Shown here: positions 41,265-55,775 of the stretch, in pieces
How positions within the stretch are numbered: the stretch's first letter is position 1
Layout: the number at the start of each line of letters is the position of its first letter
Assembly: GCF_009914755.1 (NCBI RefSeq)
Contig: NC_060925.1
DNA: 64,000 bases
Direction: 5' to 3' (one strand)
Source: the human T2T-CHM13v2.0 reference genome, Homo sapiens
The notes under the pieces: generated by a model
Told to the model about the DNA's origin: nothing
The model's input: the letters and a program-made list of their open reading frames with translations, nothing else
Database searches by the model: none
Position numbers and translations under genes: made by a program

Positions 41265-41859
41265 AACAACAAAAAACAGAAGTGAGAATCTCTTTCTGCA
41301 AAATGCCACTTAAAATTGCCCAGACTACAATGACTACAATTGGGGTATATGTCCATTGTAGAACCAATTTTTCTGGTCAGGTAAATGCTGTATCCTTATG
41401 GGCTTAGACCTGTGCCCCACCTCTATAAACAACTTTTCTGGAATTACAGGGAATGAGAGTGGCAGAGGAGGATGTATTCAAAGGGTTACCAGAAGAGAGA
41501 GGAATTGCAGTTGAAATGGCACAAATGAATAGGTCAGTTATAGAGTAGATTACTCTTTATTCCTTTAAATCTAGATTTGAGACATTGAGAGCTTCATTTA
41601 TTACCTAATTTCTAATGGCAAACTCAGAAAATTCATCTCCTATTTGGTTTTACTATGACTTACACCTTTCAATATGATTTGTAACAAAACTTTGCTGATT
41701 TTGATAATGGCATGTATCAATGACACCAAGAAAATCAATTACTAACCAAAATTATTTTATATATTACATGTATATTTATAAAGGCTGAGAGGTAATACTA
41801 GTGATGTGGTCACAGAGTTAAAACTAAATGTAGCTTTTCATTGTTGTGTTTGCTTTAAG

Positions 41860-42520
41860 AGTTGTTTCAGTTATCTACTGTTGCTCAATAAACGACTCCC
41901 AAAATTAGGGCTTAAAATAATTTATTATTATTATATCTGATGATTCTTGGGGCTAAGAATTTAGATAGTACCCAGTGCAGATGACTCATCTTGTTCTGAT
42001 GCTCGGGACCTCAGCTGAGATGACATAAATGTCCATAGGCTGGAACAATTGAGGGCTGGCTGAGTATCTCTTTTCTCTCGTTTTCTCTCTCATTTTCTGC
42101 CAAAAGCCATCTGCAGCCTGTGGTTGTGCAGACCACAAACAAAAAGGTTTTCAAATTTTTTAATGTTTAAACAAATCTAAAGAAGAAGACTGCTTCTTCA
42201 TGAGGTGTGAAACATATGAAATTCAAATTTGTGTCTATAAAGATTTATTGGAAGATAGCCACATATGTTTGTTTAAATACCCTATCATCTCTGTAATTGC
42301 AGGGTTGAAAAGTTGCAACAAAAACCATATATGATGCAAAACCTAAAATACTTACCATTTGGCCCTTTACAGAAAAATTTGCTGATCTCTACTTTACATG
42401 ACTTCTCCTTGTGGCTATCTTGGGCTCCCTCACAGCGTGGAAGCCACAGTGTAGTTGGATTTCTTAGTTGAAGGTTCAAGGCTTCAAGAATGAGTATGCA
42501 AGAGACAGGACATATAAGCT
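41860..42520. mobile_element. MLT1-type LTR with nested MER58-like element (about 42095-42390)
   Basis: gttatctactgttgctcaataaacgactcccaaaattagggcttaaaataa (MLT1); cctaaaatacttaccatttggccctttacagaaaaatttgctgatc (MER58). Confidence 0.6.
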
Positions 42521-44039
42521 GCCACTTTTGTTTATAATTGAAACATAATAATTGTACCTGTTTATAAGGTATAGTGTGATTGTATAACAATCAAACCAAG
42601 CTGGTTAGCATGTCCACCACCTCAAGCATATCCTTTCCTTATGGAAAGCTGCCATTTTCTCAAGTCTCTTTCTATCGTTCAAGTCTTGTCAAAGAATGTG
42701 TGGCCATCCTTAACCTCACACACTTTACCCACAGCAGGAAATTCTGGAGGGCAGAGGGTTTTGTTGAATTGTTTTCCTCCAAGTCAGTGGACCTTTTAAC
42801 AATTAGGGTTCAATTATCAATATGATAAAATTTATGTCTTTATTTCAAACTTGGGGGAAAAATGCTAGTTTTATCTAATTTACACCTTTAGTTTAAAAAT
42901 GAGGATCAAATGAGAACTGAAGATTTTAGAATGCTAATAGCTCTTAGTGTCCTAGATTTATTATTCAACTAGATGTTTCCAAACTAGGATAAACTGATGG
43001 TTCATCTAGTGAAGAAGTTATTTGTTATTAAATAGCCATCCCCTTGATTTTCTAGTTTATGCCAAATTACACAATATGAAATATTATTAGCTGGTAACTC
43101 TTCTTGTGTTCAGGCTGGAGAATGAAGCACCTGTGTGATTATTAGCCAGTGTGCTGACCATAAAGTGGAATGGTCAGCTTCTTTTGACCATTTCCCCAAA
43201 ACACCATGTGTCTCTCAAAGGAAACAAAGGTCTCAAACCCCTAACAGTTAGTTTAAGCCAACTGCTTACATATGAAAGCAAAGTCCATTGATCCAAAACA
43301 AGTGTAACCTGCAGGCATGATGGCAGGGTCCTTCATGTAGGTGATTCTCACGGGCTTGTAACTGGTTATCAAATTGTTAAGTAAGGGGTTGGAAAAGATG
43401 GGCTTGTAGTTTTTTGAAACTCATGTTCAAAAATAGCTAAAAATTATAGATTGGAATATTTTGGAAATTGGAGTAGGATATCATTTGAAAAAAGTTAGCA
43501 TTTTAATTTTTCCCCTTTAGTTGCTATTAAAGTTCAAAAAGACACTATCTTAAATTTTTCTGGTTGAGGCAATGACAGATTGTCCAATCATTAGCTGAGG
43601 AAGCTAATGTGAGAGAGAATTTTGTAGGTAGGAAGAGGTAGAGAATTTTCCTTAAATAGGGAAATAAAAAGAGTGGTTAAGTGGTCAGAGAAAAATTAAG
43701 TGGCAAGACCAGCAACAGAAATAAGTTCCCCTTGCTTCTTGCTTCAATGTCTAGATCACAGCCTATGTTCTACAAGGGGCTAAGATTTCTTGAGCTCCTT
43801 CTACATATAAAACACTGTGCTAGATGCTTGATATGTCATTTAATTTAACTCACTTCTAATGTTGTAAAATACTATCTGCCATCTTATATTTGAGGATATT
43901 GTGCCAAGAAAATGTAAATTGTTTGTATAAGGGTCTCAAAACTTAGTGGCAGGAGTTAAATTTTTACTGTTTCTCTAACAAAATCATTCATGTTAGAGAT
44001 TCCTCTCACAAGAAAAAAGAAATGCACATCTTTTATTTA

Positions 44040-45170
44040 TCTACTTACTCATTTATACCATCACTATCTTCTTTGCTAACAGATATTTATTGGGCATCTT
44101 GTTAAAAAAAAAAAGGCACCGTTCCTGGCACAAGTGATTTGATGGACAAGATAAGCAAGGCCCTTGCTCTTATGGAGTTTACTGTTAAGTGGGAAGATGG
44201 AAAAAAGGTTAGTAAATAAAGTGAAAAATAAAAATTCACAATTATTGAAAAATGTTATGAAATAAATGGGAGTTGAGATGAGATAGAGAATAGTTGGGGG
44301 TGCTCTTTAGAAAGGATGATCAAGGAAAACGTTGCTGAGAAGGTGAGAGTGAAGCAGTGATGTAAAACTGAGAAGGATTCAGTGATGAGAAGTAGTAGGG
44401 AAAGATAACTGTTGAAGTAACAGCGTATGTAATGGGATGAAGACAAATGTGGAAAAGTCATGCAGGATCAGGTGTGAGAACCAGGTTAAGGCTAGAACTC
44501 GCGGGAATTTATGGGCTCTGATAAGGAGTTTGAATTTTATTTAAATTGCAAATAAAACCTTTGAACAGATTTTATGCAAGGAAATAGCATGGACTTGTTT
44601 ACATTTTAAGAAACTCTTTTCTGCTGCAGTGTGGGAACGGCTTAGAGGAGCGTGAGAGTGGAAGCAGGGAGACAGGTTAGGAGGCTGCACCAGTCTCCAG
44701 AAGAGAAATGGTGCTGCCTGGACATGGAGGTATTGGATATGGGAAGGAGAAGATGAAATTGATAAACATTTTAGAGGACAGAATGGAGAGAACTTGGTTC
44801 TGGATTGGGCTTGGATGCTTCAAATGAGAATGGGGAATGAGGACAAAGGAGGATCCAAGATGACATCAAGGTATCTGGCTTGAGTAGCTGTGTCCTCATC
44901 AAGGTAGGGGAGTGTGCTGGGGCAGGAAAGCAGGTGAGAAAAGTGAGAAAACCAAGAGTTTAGATTTGGATATGGTTGTCCTTGAAACACCCAAGTGCCT
45001 TTTCATTTTAGGCAGTAGAAAATAGGGTCATTGAGGTTGGGGCTAAGGGTAGAAAATATTGTTGGATATTTGAATCCCTAGAAACCTATAGTATTTCAGT
45101 TGGTGGGAATCAATAAAATCTTAAGAGAAAATGTGGAGAAAGAAGAGGGCCCCAAATGGTAATTTTTAGA
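44040..45170 (-). mobile_element. L2 fragment
   Basis: aacagatatttattgggcatct..., cccttgctcttatggagtttac, taaggagtttgaattttat motifs. Confidence 0.7.
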
Positions 45171-45349
45171 AGTTAGATAGAAGAGATTAGATATCAACTC
45201 CCTAAAAATATTTCTTTTTGTATTGCATGTGTGTACACTGTTTATTCTTAGAGATAGGAAGTATGTTTGATTTAGAATGTTATTCGATTCTGTGTCATTT
45301 CGGTGGCCATTTGAGTTACATAGAGTTTGATCTATTTGTCAGTGAAAAC

Positions 45350-45595
45350 TCCTCATGGTAGAATATTTAGGGTTCATATTATTGAACGTGGGACTTGGGT
45401 TTAAACATAAGTTCTGTTTCTTATAGTATAAATAAGCTATGGGAAGTTTCTTTACTAATTTGGACCCGTTCACTCATCTGCAAAAATGATGATGCTAACA
45501 GTACCTCCCTCATCCTGGTGCTATGATTAAGGGAGAAAATTCATGTGAATGCTCAGCACAGTGCCTGAAATGTAGTGAGCACTATACTACCACTA
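45350..45595 (+). mobile_element. MIR
   Basis: ctcatctgcaaaaatgatgatgctaacagtacctccc...gctcagcacagtgcctgaaatgtagtgagcact core. Confidence 0.7.
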
Positions 45596-46247
45596 GTAGT
45601 AGTTTTTGAGAAAAACACAAGTAATTAAAACTGAAACTCCTCTTTTGGTACTTTAAATGGTAAGTGAGTCCCATAGAATTGTGCAAGCACATGATATTTT
45701 TCTATTTTCACTTCAGTTCACTTCTGTGATGTCTTTGTTATATTGTTTACTTTACAAGATTTTTTGTAACATGAAAAATTACTACCTTACACAGTAACAG
45801 TCCATAAAAATGAAAGTAACAAGATTATTTGGCAGGAAATAAGGTATCACAAATGCTGCACGTCTATAAAACAAGTAACATTTTAAAAGTAATATCCCTT
45901 TGGCACCAACAAAACCCAATGCTTGGCATTCATCTAAGAGAAAACAAAGGAAATGTTAAAGATCTAAGCAAATCCTGAAGGCTCAAACAGACTTATATTT
46001 TATCAAAACTTGAACATACATACACATATATTTGTTTATACATCTATCACATATAATATTATATTACAGGTAGTTGTGCTTTTGTCATTTTCCTCCCTGG
46101 ACTGAACTCCTTGACAACACAGATAAGGTATTACTTATTTTTATTCCCACTGTACTCTACATTATAGTAGAATGATTCAGCACTTTCTTGTTTCTACTAT
46201 CAAGTTCTCTTGGACAATTTTTTTCTTGTTCAAACTCAAGTTATTTT

Positions 46248-46710
46248 TGGCAGAAATGCTACTTGTCCCCCAAAACTCATATTTATGCTTCCCTTCCACA
46301 GTTTAGAGTTGTGATTGGCTAGTGAATGCCCAAATGGAGAATACATTTCCCATCACCTCCATCCCCTGGTATCTGGGTCTGGACAATGTGAGTAGTTATT
46401 GCCAGTGGAATGGGTGGCAAGTTGATGTGTGTCACTTCCAGTCCTAGGCCTTTAAGAATTGTGTGTGCCTTATGCACACATTCCTTCTTCTTCTGCCGCT
46501 AAATGCAGACAACAGAAAAGCCAAGAGATTACAGAGTCTCAGAATGAAACATACTATTAATTGAATCCCTATATGGAGAAGATCAGCTGCCGACCTTGGA
46601 ACGCCACTTTGAACTGTTTCGTGAGGGAAGAAATAAGTTTCTGCTATGTTTGAGTCATTGTAAATTTGAGGATTTAATTGTTCCAGCAGATAACATTAAC
46701 CCTCGTTAAC
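46248..46710. mobile_element. MLT1-type LTR
   Basis: ttattgccagtggaatgggtggcaagttgatgtgtgtcacttcc and gaagaaataagtttctgctatgtttgagtcattg motifs. Confidence 0.6.
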
Positions 46711-47029
46711 AGTGTTTAGAGAAATAGGATCTTCCATTAAAATAGAACTATATCTTTGGGAGATAACTTTTGTTGTACATGCACATTTTGTTTCTTCCTG
46801 CATGCAGGGTAGAAAATGAATTTATAAGTAGGAAGAATAAAGGTGCTCTACTAAACAAGTTAGCAGATAAAGTTTTGTAACCTCAATTCAGGTGTTCAGA
46901 AATTATCATACTCCTTTATTTTCTACAACTCAAATTAATTCTAACCCTCTTCCCAGGAAATTTATTCTCTATGTCAGAGTTGTGAAAAGATCTAAGAGTC
47001 TTAGGTAGCCCCAAAGCATCAGCAAATAT

Positions 47030-47810
47030 TTTGTGGTTATTCATTCAACTCAACAACTAATTGTAGTACACCTCTGCCTATGGGCTAGAGTATTAGACTT
47101 CATGGAATGTATGATTTTCTGAAAGCAACAAAAATTAATCAAACAATCCCCCAATTAATCTGACAAGTGCCGTAAAGAAAATGAAAAAAAAAAAGCTAGG
47201 AGACCCATGGTAGGGTATTTGGTCTAATCAGAGAAGTACAAGGAGGACTTCTTGGGGACAGGAACAACTGAGCTCATACCTGAAGGATTGGAAGAATATT
47301 ACTAGATGATTATGGGTGGTAGGGGCAGAGTTTTTAAGGTGAAGAAGGCACTAGACAGAAAATCAATTACCTTCCTAGGACCATGGTAAAAATCAGGGTC
47401 TAAGCCAACACCTGTGTGACAGGGATGAGGAGCCAAGAAATATGGTGAAAGTTGGGGCTTCACTGAGAGTTCAGCATTGATGCAGACCCTTTGAGGTCCT
47501 CTTAGGCATTTTTCTTTTAATCCTAAATTCGATGGAATGGGGTATGGTACACACTATATGATTTTATTTAGAAAAGACTTCTTAGGATGAAGGTGGATAA
47601 TGGATTGGCTAGTGAGAAATAATATTAGAGGAAATATGGGCAAAACTGTTAAGAGGCTGTTTCAGTTGTTTATTTGAGATGTTGGTAACTTGGTCTAAGA
47701 TAGTGATGGTCTAGACAGGAAGAAGTTCATAAACTTAAGATATGTTTAGAAAGTAACATGAAGAGGTATTAGTGATAAATTGGAGGAAGTAAGTTTCAAG
47801 AATGATACAG
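47030..47810 (-). mobile_element. L2 fragment
   Basis: attcattcaactcaacaac start and purine-rich antisense L2 character. Confidence 0.55.
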
Positions 47811-48187
47811 AGTGATGAAAAGAGAGTTGAAATAGCTGCAAGAACCTACCTAACTCAGCATACTGGCTGCTGCTTTTAAGAATAAAATGGGTAAGAAAAC
47901 CTCCTTGTTACATTGCATTTTGTCAACCCAGAGACAGACTCAAGATCATATCGAACTAAAGCCAGCATAATCAGAATTTATATGATAAAAACTTTAGGCA
48001 AATCAGAGTAGACAATGAATCTTTTTAATGTGTTTATTGGCTAAAGCAATATATAATGACTTTGAGATGTCAAGAGTGTGATCGTTGAGACTTGCAACAA
48101 ATTGAAGTTCTAGGAATACATTATATCAAAATTATACATTCTTACATGTGTTTGGCTCTCATTTTATTTAGTTCATTCTTATTTACC

Positions 48188-48490
48188 TTTTTTTTTTTTT
48201 TTTGAGACAGATTCTTGTTCTGTTGCCCAGGCTATAGTGAAGTGGCATGATCAATCTCGGCTCACTGCAACCTCTACATCCTGGGTTCAAGCGATTCTCA
48301 TGCCTCGGCCTCCCCAGTAGTTGGGATTACAGGTGTGCGCCACCATGCCTGGCTATTTTTTTGTATTTTTAGTAGAGACAGGGTTTCGCCATGTTGCCCA
48401 GGCAGGTCTTGAACTCCTGATCTGAGGCATTCTGCCTGCCTAGGCCTCCCAAAGTGCTAGGATTACAGGCGTGAGCCACTGTGCCTGGCC
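48188..48490 (-). mobile_element. AluS
   Basis: Full antisense dimer. Confidence 0.9.
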
Positions 48491-50744
48491 AGTTTTATTT
48501 ACTTTAGATTAGTAGGGTTCAATCCATAAGTAACCTGTCACTGTTTACCTTGTGACTCTGTTACAAACTTGGAACATCAGTACATCTATGTTCTTTCAAT
48601 TTTGAGATTCGCTTTAGCTTTTTCAAAGAAGCTTTTGTTTTTTTTTTTTTGTGTGTGTGTGTGTGTGTGATCATTTTCTATTGGAATTAATTACAAGATG
48701 AATGCCGAAATTTTAATTTGAAAGTACACCCTTTGCAGCATTGGTAACACTGTCCACTGATTAGTTATTGATGTTATGTTGCTGTTCCACAGTGTACTCA
48801 AACCACTGTGTGATTCAGAGATGGACTTCTAGAAATTTTTTTTTTGTGGATAAAAAAAAAAACAACAAAAAACACAGACCATTATATTTTCAAGTAATCA
48901 GAGCTACCAAAGAAGAAACCACTATGAAATACAGCTTCACATCAAATTGATGACAAAGAGTATGTGAGTTGTATGACAAGTGATGAAAAACTGCACATGA
49001 AGGTAAACAAATTCATGCAGGTGAGCAGAACACCAGCTGGGTAGACATGGTGTGAGAAAAACATCACTGACAGCAGAGATACAGTGAAGTGTGCATGATG
49101 TTTTGTTTTTATTTTCTATTATGTTGAAAAGGCAATAATACTATCTTAGCATTGTCGTGAAATCTAAATTAGTTAATTAATCAAGCATTCGATAAATGGT
49201 TTAAACACACTAGGTTATAATTAAGCATATATAATAGACCATGGATGGATTTATGACATCTATTTTATACTGTTACATTTTCCAACATTATGTATCCTCA
49301 TAGAATTTGGAAGCTATTTTAAACCCTCTGCTATACTTGCTCCATGCTGTCTTTATGCATCAAGATATGCAAATGGCAGAACCCAGACAGGAAAGTCATT
49401 GCCAAAAGCCAGTGCAGAAAGAGATGCAGAGACAGAGAGAGACAGAGAGACAGAGGTTTCAGCAACCTGCAGCCATCAAAGGAATCGACAAATGTTATAC
49501 ATGGCTTGTAACACTGAATGTGAGGCCTGAAGTAAAACACATACATCTCAGCTTAGACCTCATGGAACAAGAAAAATATGAAATCCACAGAAGGCCACTC
49601 CAGAGTGGAAGACTCCCTTCATGTGTGAAAAGTTACAAGACTTTCTCAGTAAGATGGATTTGGAAACTGGTCTCAGAGTTCATTACCTATGCTGTATAGT
49701 TCTTTGTATTTATTACTGGCTTATTAAGCAGTCTGGATTCAATCAGGTATAAATATTAAACATCATATATTATCTTGCCACTGGTCAGCTATGCTTCTGT
49801 ATTTCATTGATTCTAAGATGCACATTTTATAAAACATATTTTAGGGTTGCCGAAGTCAGGATGCATCTTGAAACCAACAAGTATCTTTAAGTTAATAAAG
49901 CTAAGAATATTTAATTTCCTCTTTCCATCTTTTAACAATATATATGGCAGGTCCCACAACTTCCTAGTAACTTTTGAGTAAAAACAACCCGAAGTTCATT
50001 TCAGGCCAGTTGAATACTTTACTTTCATATCTAGTTTAACTCTTTCACCTCTTCTTTATCTTTAGTACCCATCAGGACTTTGCCTGTGACATCTGCAGAA
50101 GGGAACACATATTTCTTTTCTACTTATCTTTGTATTTGCATTTTACACAAAGGCAGAGAGATATGTTTTATCAAGTACTACATATTTCTTTTCTCAATGC
50201 CTAAATTTTCAAAATACAAAATGGCAGAACGCAAAAATGTTTCCTGGTCGGGTCCTAGGGGAACTCTTCTCCCTCCCTATATTTCTTCTGTTGGGGTTAG
50301 AAAGAGGAATAGGATGTATGCTATGTTGGTGTATGTTTAATTATAACCAAGTGTGTTTACTTTATACCATTTATTGAATGTTTGCTTAATATGCTTAGTT
50401 CTCATGGCAACACTTAAAAGTATTATTATCTCCATATTAGAGAGATGAGATCATTGCTAGAACTAGGATTTAACCATGTTTCTTGGCCACTAGGAAAAAT
50501 ATTTTCTTAAAACACCATATTAAAGAACTACAGTGTTGGCATTGATCATTGAGACATAGGTATATATGCACTGGGTGTATCTAAGATGACCAGGAAAGTT
50601 AAGATTCTAGTGCTCAAAATGAGAAAAACTTTCAAAGCAGCACCACCTCCCACCTTGGTCAATTTGCCAGTGGTAAGACTTGTCTTTGTCTGTATTTGCA
50701 TTTTACCCAAACACGGTACCACATATTTCTTTCCTCAATGCCTA

Positions 50745-51057
50745 TGTTTTCTTTTCTTTTTTCTTTTCTTTTTTTTTAGATGGAGTCTAACTCTGTTGCC
50801 GAGGCTAGAATGCAGTGGCATGGTCTTGGCTCACCATAACTCCGCCTCCTGGGTCCAAGTGATTCTTGTGCCTCAGCCTCCTGAGTAGCTGGGATTTTGG
50901 GGACATACCACCACACCCTGCTAATTTTTGTATTTTTAATAGAGACGGGGTTTCACCATGTTGGCCAGGCTGGTCTCGTACTCCCAACTTCAAGTGATCT
51001 GCTTGCCTTGGCCTCCTAAAGTGCTGGGATTATAGGCGTGAGCCACCACGCCCAGCC
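50745..51057 (-). mobile_element. AluS
   Basis: Full antisense dimer; TSD CTCAATGCCTA (50734-50744, 51058-51068). Confidence 0.92.
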
Positions 51058-51453
51058 CTCAATGCCTAAATTTTCAAAAGACAAAATGACAGAATGCAAA
51101 AAATGTATTTCTAGAACAAATCTTAGAGATGTAGAAGTAGTCTCTCCTTTGTGCCCCTATATTTTCATTCATTGATAAGGATGTGTATACAATTTTGTAA
51201 TTGCTAGAGTTAAGTAATTTGGTAATTTATTTAACTGGTAAACACTTCTACTGTCATCATTCTTTGCCTGTGCAACAGCACAAGCTTCTCCACCGTTCTC
51301 CCAATTCTTACTCTTGCCAACCCCCAATATGTTGACCACGCCACAGCTTCATGTGTAAATCTTCTCATTCATTCTTCCATTTATTTAACATGTATCACAT
51401 ATGGCAACCATTATATTAAGTACTGCCTAAGCCTCATGGTCTATCATCCGGAA

Positions 51454-51793
51454 CAGTGGTCCCCGACCTTTTTGGCACTGGGGACCGGTTTCATGGAAGA
51501 CAATTTTTTCATGGGCTGGGTCAGGGGATAGTTTTCAGATGAAACTACCCCACCTCAGATCATCAGGCATTAGTTAGATTCTCATAAGGGGCATGCAACA
51601 TAGTTCCCTTTCCTGTGCAGTTCAGAATAGGGTTTGCACTCCTTAGTGAATCTAATGCCACCGCTGATCTGACAGGAGGTGGAGCTCAAGCAGTAATGCG
51701 CAATGGCTTGCAACTCACCTCCTGCTGTGTGGCCTGGTTCCTAATAGGCCACAGATGGATACCAGTCCACAGCCCTGGGGTTGGAGACCCCTT
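51454..51793 (+). mobile_element. MER1B (hAT-Charlie)
   Basis: CAGTGGTCCCCGACCTTTTTGGCAC...TTCATGGAAGACAATTTTT...GGGGTTGGAGACCCCT; sits inside an antisense L2. Confidence 0.85.
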
Positions 51794-52734
51794 ATCTAGA
51801 GGACAGGCTTGTGTTCTTGGCAGGGAGTTGGATATGAACATACAGATATATCCCAGAATTTGGAGAAAACAAACAAGGTTCTGAGAAAGAAAGTAACTTA
51901 GAGAGGCTTCTTTTATGTAGGATGGTCAGGGAAACTCCATTGAGGAAGTGACATTTATGCTGTTACCAGAAGAAAGTTATGTAGAGTGGTTGGTGGGGGT
52001 GAACCAGAAAAGCATCTTGGGAAGAATGAAGAGCTAAAGCCCTGAAATAGGAAAGCATGACATTTCTAGGAACAGAAAAAAATCAGTGTGGCCAGATCAT
52101 AACGTGAACCAGGTGGAAGTGTATTAAATGGGTTGAGAAATAATACAGAGGTTGGATTTTATTAAAAATGCAAATAAGAAAAATACTGATAGATTTTAAG
52201 TAGGGACTTATCCCAGCTTGATTTGTATGGACAGAAATCGGTTTGATTTCTCTTTGGAGGAAATACTGAAGGAAGATAAGATGGAGGCTTGGAAGTTAGT
52301 CAAAAGCCTGAACAGTGATGATGGTTTGATTCTAAGTGGTACAATTGTAAACAGAACACAAGATAGATGGTGGAGAGAGTATGAATGGGATTTGTTAATG
52401 ATTTAGTAGTTGTAACAGGAAAGAAGAAATAAAAAATAAAAATTAGGCTTCTGTTGCAAGTTACTGTGTGTATACTGGTGCATTTACAGATATAAATAAG
52501 ATTGAGAATTGGGATGGGTTTAAAGAAAGGATGGGTCAAGACTTCTATGTTCTGTTGAGTTGGCTCTGAGACAATCTAGTAGACTAGTTAAGAATGTGGT
52601 AGCAAAATGTGAATCTAGAGATCTCAAATATATCATAGATCTGATTGGAAATATAAATTCGTTAGTTATTCCCACGAAGGAGCTCACACAGAAAGAGAGA
52701 GGTGGGTACAGAATTGAGCTTGTAATGTATCTTA

Positions 52735-53420
<686 letters not shown>

Positions 53421-53569
53421 TTAAATTTGTAGGTAATGATGTTTTGGAAGCTGACAAAACATAATGGTTAGAGAAGGAAAGATTTTGTTTAATGCTACTA
53501 AGAAGTCACATAATATGAGGGTAGAGAAACAAATGATGGTATAAAATCTGGCAACATGGAGACGATTGG

Positions 53570-54125
53570 TAAGAAAATTCAAGAACAATGTTTATAATGC
53601 TTCATAACTTCCTCATAGCTCTTAGGGTAAATACATATTCTTGGAACCTGCAAGGCCTGGCAAGATTTGGCCATCATCTCCCTCTGAAACCTCCTTATTT
53701 TCCAGGCTCTGCTTCTTTCTACATCAGCCTCACATCTCTTCCTGTTCCTTGAACACAGTCTCCTCCTTTAAATTTATTATTTCTGCCTAGAATACTTTCC
53801 TTCTCCTCATACTCATTTAACTTATTTTCTTCAGGTCTAGCTCCATTGCTTTTTATTCCAGGAAAACTTCCCAACCTCCAGAATAGACCAAATATCCTAT
53901 TATATGCTTAAATCACAGTGTGGAAGTATTGCCTTTGTGATGAAAGTGTCATGATGACTGGATAATTAATTATTGTGTCTTCCACTAAAGTGTAGATAGG
54001 AAAGAAAGCATGCCTGTTTTTGCTCACCATTTTTTCCTCATGTCAGGTAAAATGACTGGATTACATTAGGAACTTGCTCTGTATTTGTTGAATGAATGAG
54101 TGAATGAATGCATGAACAAATGAGT
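53570..54125 (+). mobile_element. L2 3' fragment
   Basis: Ends gtatttgttgaatgaatgagtgaatgaatg. Confidence 0.7.
53785..53940 (+). repeat. Direct repeat, copy 1 (copy 2 at 58688-58846)
   Basis: 101-nt core 53822-53922 vs 58729-58829 differs at 3 positions. Confidence 0.95.
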
Positions 54126-55559
54126 AACATCTGCCTCTGTAGTTAACTTGTAATCTGTTTCTGTCTTTATATAACCTCTACTGTAGGTAGCCTTAAAAAT
54201 CTGGAAAATGACTTTATTGATTTAAGTAAATATTAAGTTTTTAAGCTTTTAAAAATCTATTGTAAGTTGATTAACTATGATTATTTTGAAATTTTCTTCA
54301 TCAAAATTTGAGATGACTTTGGATACATACTGTTTTCAGCTACTCAACAAGTGCCATTGTATTTACTATGTATGAAATCTGGTGTTACTTCCTGCCCATT
54401 TCCTAGACTCAGTTGTTCTTTGCAAAATACCCATTTATCAGCAACCAGCCCACCCTCCCTCTGGGAATCAGTGAGAGTGGATCACATCAGTATGTCATAA
54501 ATACTCCTCCTGTTTTCTTTGAGAGTTTTCTGCTGATGCAAGCGGAAGGCTTGGATGCCAGGCCTGTATGTGATACAGTAGAAATTTCCCCAGATGCCCT
54601 GTGGAAAGACAAGCTGCTACCCGGAGTCCTTCCTGGATGTCTGGCTTAGTGTAGTATACCATCAAGGACAACCTGGCTCTGTCTCCTAACAAGCTGCTAG
54701 GGCCTTCCCTCTTGCCTACCCTCCTGACAGCCTGGACCTCAGGCTAACAAACCTCTGGGTTGCCACTGTCTCCATTCTGAGCCATCAGAATTGTATATAC
54801 ATTCATCTGCTGATGTCTCTGTATTTCAAGCTGTATGTCTTTACACCTTTATAATACACAGTACAGATTTTGCTGCTTAAAATTCTAGTATTTCCTATAG
54901 ACACTAAACTCAATTTTAACACAATGAATATGTTAAAACATTATATATGTGTTGGATTAACACATATAATGCAACTCATTTGTTGCTAATCTATCTTGGA
55001 TTCCTTGGGTAGAATCTGTCTTCTCACCTGTCTGAAATGGAATTGAATCTCCTAACTTCTTACTATTTTTTTAAAGCCACAAATCCCTTTTAAAATGTCC
55101 GTTTAAGGCTGCTAAACTCACATTGTTATAGAGTATATTTTATATACTTTTCTTCCTTTTAAAAGATCATATACACTTTTCTCCTGGCCTCTAATTTTGC
55201 CAAATATTCTGCCATAACAGCAAGCTCACAGAACACAAGTATTTGCTTAAAGATATTTAAAGCAAATCCCCAAAGAGTTTTCTGTTGCAAATGTATTTTA
55301 AGACATAGGCTGAGGAGCTGAGTATTCAAATCCATGAGTTCTGACACTGATGTTTTATTAGGCCTACCCACATGAAAATTAGTGCTTACTTGCACAGTTA
55401 TCTTATTTAAAAATACATTTGCAAAAAGAGAATAATTTCATTTTCACTGATTCAAAGGTCTATCTTTTCGAGTATTATAAACTTACATAGTACAAAAAGA
55501 TTGGTAAAAGGGATGAGAAAAATAAAGGGCAATAGTAAGGTGAGTAAGGAAAGCAAAAT

Positions 55560-55775
55560 TAAACTTGGAGACTTGGGTTCTAAATATAGCTTGTCTACAT
55601 CCTAGCTGCAAGATCTTAGGCAACTCAACTAACCTCTCTGAACATCACAGATAAAATGGGGAATAATAACATTATCTAGCTCAAGGGTATCGTACAAATT
55701 ATACAATATATGTAAAGTGCAAAGCATAGTTCCTGCACATAGTAAGTGCTCCATAAGTTAAATATAATAATAATC
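55560..55775 (+). mobile_element. MIR
   Basis: gacttgggttctaaat...tcttaggcaactcaactaacctctctg...taaaatggggaataataac...gcacatagtaagtgctcc. Confidence 0.75.

Noticed and set aside
49307-49699. 130-aa ORF with QRQRETERQR
   Set aside because: It has a non-ATG start, is driven by a (GA/GACA)n low-complexity run, and has no recognisable product.
49795-49890. Short element with inverted AAGATGCA/TGCATCTT, possible miRNA-like hairpin
   Set aside because: It resembles a mariner/Tigger-type MITE relic; there is no evidence for an RNA gene.
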